DNA of 46,492 nucleotides, taken from Bdellovibrionales bacterium (GTDB lineage: Bacteria; Bdellovibrionota; Bdellovibrionia; Bdellovibrionales; JAEYZS01). Shown here piece by piece: positions 44,359-46,492 of this stretch. The notes under the pieces are model-generated. The model was given only the letters and a program-made list of their open reading frames with translations. It had not been told where the DNA came from and searched no databases. The stretch lies in contig JANMFM010000048.1 in the NCBI GenBank assembly GCA_031374125.1, forward strand, positions 1-46,492, read 5' to 3'. Made by a program: the position numbers and the translations under genes. Numbering within the stretch: the stretch's first letter is position 1; the number at the start of each line of letters is the position of its first letter.

Positions 44359-44564
44359 TTAAAACCCCCGATGCTTTATTGTCCTCTAAAAGACTTGAAA
44401 AACTCAAACAAATCCAGTGCATAACTAAGTATTACCCATAAATTTGTCTTGTCGCGTTAATAATGAAGTGGAGTCAGAAGGAAACTGCTTCTGACGGCCA
44501 TAGATTACAATGCAAAGGTAAAGCCAATCATGCTATTTAAGCTTAAGAAAATTTCGCAGGAGAA

Positions 44565-45218
44565 ATGCAGATGAGAGTTTGGGATGAGAAAGAACATTTT
44601 ATTCAAAAGTACTACGTAAAAGAAGCACCGCTATTTTTGGAAATGAGAGAAACCGCCAAAGTTAAGAAATGTGACCACATGATGGTGGCTCCTAGCGAAG
44701 CGAGACTTTTGCAATCGTTGGTGGAAGTGCATGACTCTAAAAAAATCGTCGAGATCGGATGTCTTTACGGATATTCCGCGATCTACATGGCTCAAGGAAT
44801 TTCTGGAGAAGGAAAAGTATGGACTCTAGAAAAAAATACGGAGAATGCTGAGTATGCGCAGAGATTTTTCGATAAGTCAGAAGTGAAAAATAAAATTGAA
44901 TTGGTTATTGGAGATGCACACAAAAATTTAAAAAATTTAGAAAAATATGGACCGTTTGATTGTGTATTTATTGATGCAGATAAAGCAGGGTATCCGGAAT
45001 ATTTATTGTGGGCCGAAAAGAATGTGAGAAAAGGTGGATTAATTATTGCTGACAATACATTCTTAGGTGGATCAATGTGGGGAGCAGAGCAAGAAGGATA
45101 TTCTAAAACACAAATCTCTGCGATGACGAAATTCCACGAAGCCTTCTCAGATCCAAAACGATTCAAATCTGTTATTTATCCAAGTCACGATGGAATTTCT
45201 GTTGGGATTAAAATTTAA
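44565..45218 (+). CDS. class I SAM-dependent O-methyltransferase (caffeoyl-CoA OMT / YrrM-TrmR-like family)
   Basis: It has the SAM motif I VEIGCLYGYSAIYMA and the family motif FDCVFIDADKAGYPEY, then GGLIIADN. Confidence 0.8.
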   Translation: MQMRVWDEKEHFIQKYYVKEAPLFLEMRETAKVKKCDHMMVAPSEARLLQSLVEVHDSKKIVEIGCLYGYSAIYMAQGISGEGKVWTLEKNTENAEYAQRFFDKSEVKNKIELVIGDAHKNLKNLEKYGPFDCVFIDADKAGYPEYLLWAEKNVRKGGLIIADNTFLGGSMWGAEQEGYSKTQISAMTKFHEAFSDPKRFKSVIYPSHDGISVGIKI

Positions 45219-46412
45219 ATGTTTTTTCCGGCATCTCCATTTATTACATGCCCAAATTGTTCTAATAATACATTTGGTGTATTAGATATAGAGCCTTCTT
45301 GGTACAAGAGAAGATGTGCAAAATGTGATTATCCTAGAGGAACTGGCAAAGAAGCAATTTATGAACTCCCTGAAATCAATAAAAAACTTGTTTACCTGGA
45401 TCAATCAATACTTAGTAATTTTATGAAAGCTTTGAATCCAAAGGCGAATCGTGCACACAAAGTTGATCCAAAATGGAAAGACTTATTTTCAGATGTAGAT
45501 GAGCTGGTAAAAATGCAAGCAATTATCTGCCCAGATTCGGAAGTCCATAGAGCAGAATCAATTGTTTTTGAATACGGAGAGGATGTAAAAAGAATTTATG
45601 AACTTTTAAGCCGAGGACTTACATTTTACGATACAAACCAGATATGGTTTAATCAACATTGCAAACTCATAACTGCTTTTATTGAAGGAAAGCCTTTCTG
45701 TGAAGTTGGGTACACGAATGATGAGGCTATATCCAAAACTGTAAATGACTGGCAAAAGCAAATCTTAGTTACAGTACCTCTTACTAAGGATCCGAATTGG
45801 ATTAAGCTCTACAAAGAAAATAAAAAACAAAAGCATAATCGATTGTCTGAACTATTTGAAAAGTGGAAAAAGCTCCCCCAACGCAAGTTCGAAGATTGGT
45901 TTAAGATTGAGATTGAAGAAGGTAATCTAATAGCAAAAGAAAGATTTAAAGAAGGCTTGAGTAATTTCATAGTAAGAAAATTTGGTGACAGTAAAGGCAG
46001 CCAAAAGCTCGTTGAAGAATACTTTAATTCAAATTATCCGGAACAAGCACCTTATTCGCGAATTGATTGTGCCTTATTTGCAATTCTTGCCAAGAAAGCA
46101 AATTACGGAATGAAAAAGCTAAAGGATGAAGGGGTATTGAACGATTTCAAAGCTCTATCCACTATACTTCCTTATTGTGATGCAGTAATTGTTGATAACC
46201 AAACAGCTGGATTTTTAAAAGAAATACCAAAGGGAGTGCTAAATTATAAGTCTGTAGTTTTTAGCAATGCTGAGTTAGATAAATTCAAAGATTATTTGAG
46301 ACAAATTAAATTAGATTTATCTCCCGCTCATATAGATAAAGTAAATGAAATATATAGTCCTGAAAGCTTGAAGCCTTACCTTACAGTTTTTGAGGGCATG
46401 TCCCAGGTTTAG
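45219..46412 (+). CDS. uncharacterised protein with N-terminal zinc ribbon
   Basis: The 397-aa product has C11-P-N-C14 ... C33-A-K-C36 (CxxC-x18-CxxC). Its ATG directly abuts the TAA of the methyltransferase gene (TAAATG). I recognise no further domain with confidence. Confidence 0.6.
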   Translation: MFFPASPFITCPNCSNNTFGVLDIEPSWYKRRCAKCDYPRGTGKEAIYELPEINKKLVYLDQSILSNFMKALNPKANRAHKVDPKWKDLFSDVDELVKMQAIICPDSEVHRAESIVFEYGEDVKRIYELLSRGLTFYDTNQIWFNQHCKLITAFIEGKPFCEVGYTNDEAISKTVNDWQKQILVTVPLTKDPNWIKLYKENKKQKHNRLSELFEKWKKLPQRKFEDWFKIEIEEGNLIAKERFKEGLSNFIVRKFGDSKGSQKLVEEYFNSNYPEQAPYSRIDCALFAILAKKANYGMKKLKDEGVLNDFKALSTILPYCDAVIVDNQTAGFLKEIPKGVLNYKSVVFSNAELDKFKDYLRQIKLDLSPAHIDKVNEIYSPESLKPYLTVFEGMSQV

Positions 46413-46492
46413 TTGAAATTTAAAGGTTGAGTGGCTCAATCAAACTGTGTTTTCAATAAGTTGCAACACTTGTGAAACCAGAAAAAAAGATA

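Noticed and set aside
44473-44495. A hairpin GTCAGAAG-gaaactg-CTTCTGAC lies in the divergent spacer between the ABC ATPase and methyltransferase genes.
   Set aside because: The stem is a perfect 8 bp, but it has no T-tract and sits between two divergent promoters. It could be a regulator site or 5'-UTR structure, but nothing in the sequence discriminates between those, so it is too weak to call.
43028-45166. ORFs 43028..43342 (+), 44030..44362 (+) and 44792..45166 (-) were considered.
   Set aside because: They are antisense to the ABC ATPase and O-methyltransferase genes, both of which have full motif sets.
1-46492. I searched for rRNA, tRNA and tmRNA genes, CRISPR repeat arrays, and transposase, integrase or IS elements.
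   Set aside because: I saw no cloverleaf-compatible GTTCGAATC-type T-arms with matching acceptor stems. There are no regularly spaced 25-40-nt direct repeats, and no ORF carries DDE, tyrosine-recombinase or serine-recombinase motifs. All intergenic gaps are under 270 nt.

Overview
This is a 46.5-kb chromosomal window from an AT-rich diderm (Gram-negative) bacterium. The diderm call rests on an outer-membrane beta-barrel, PqiAB/MCE proteins, a TolB-like propeller, lipoproteins and TatA. Gene content and the PilZ proteins are compatible with a Bdellovibrionota-like organism, but that is only a guess. I support about 52 protein-coding genes and found no rRNA, tRNA, CRISPR array, transposase or integrase.

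The backbone is housekeeping:
- DNA repair: nth, mutY and recX / pgpA-cinA(C)-recA.
- Translation and RNA: alaS, trmB, a DEAD-box helicase and a pcnB-like gene.
- Metabolism and redox: add, a split transketolase, speB, trxB and two ferredoxins.
- Transport: a thiB-thiP-thiQ thiamine ABC operon, a CDF transporter and tatA.

Three accessory patches stand out:
1. 4.06-9.28 kb is the best candidate for something undescribed. It is a co-oriented cassette of unrecognisable exported proteins. Four of its N-termini carry the same [L/S]-C-x-x-L-F tag just after the predicted signal-peptidase site. The cassette is built around a phytochelatin-synthase-like Cys/His thiol peptidase domain and a Sec-signal-bearing flavoprotein. 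Two members look disrupted, one by an in-frame TAA and one by a frame change.
2. 28.06-31.07 kb lies between speB and alaS. It is a very AT-rich islet carrying an AbiEi/AbiEii type IV toxin-antitoxin (abortive-infection) pair with a duplicated palindromic operator, plus small exported and coiled-coil proteins.
3. 45.2-46.4 kb, at the window edge, encodes an orphan 397-aa protein with an N-terminal zinc ribbon. Its start codon abuts the stop of an O-methyltransferase gene.

All functional calls come from motif recognition by eye. No database search was run.
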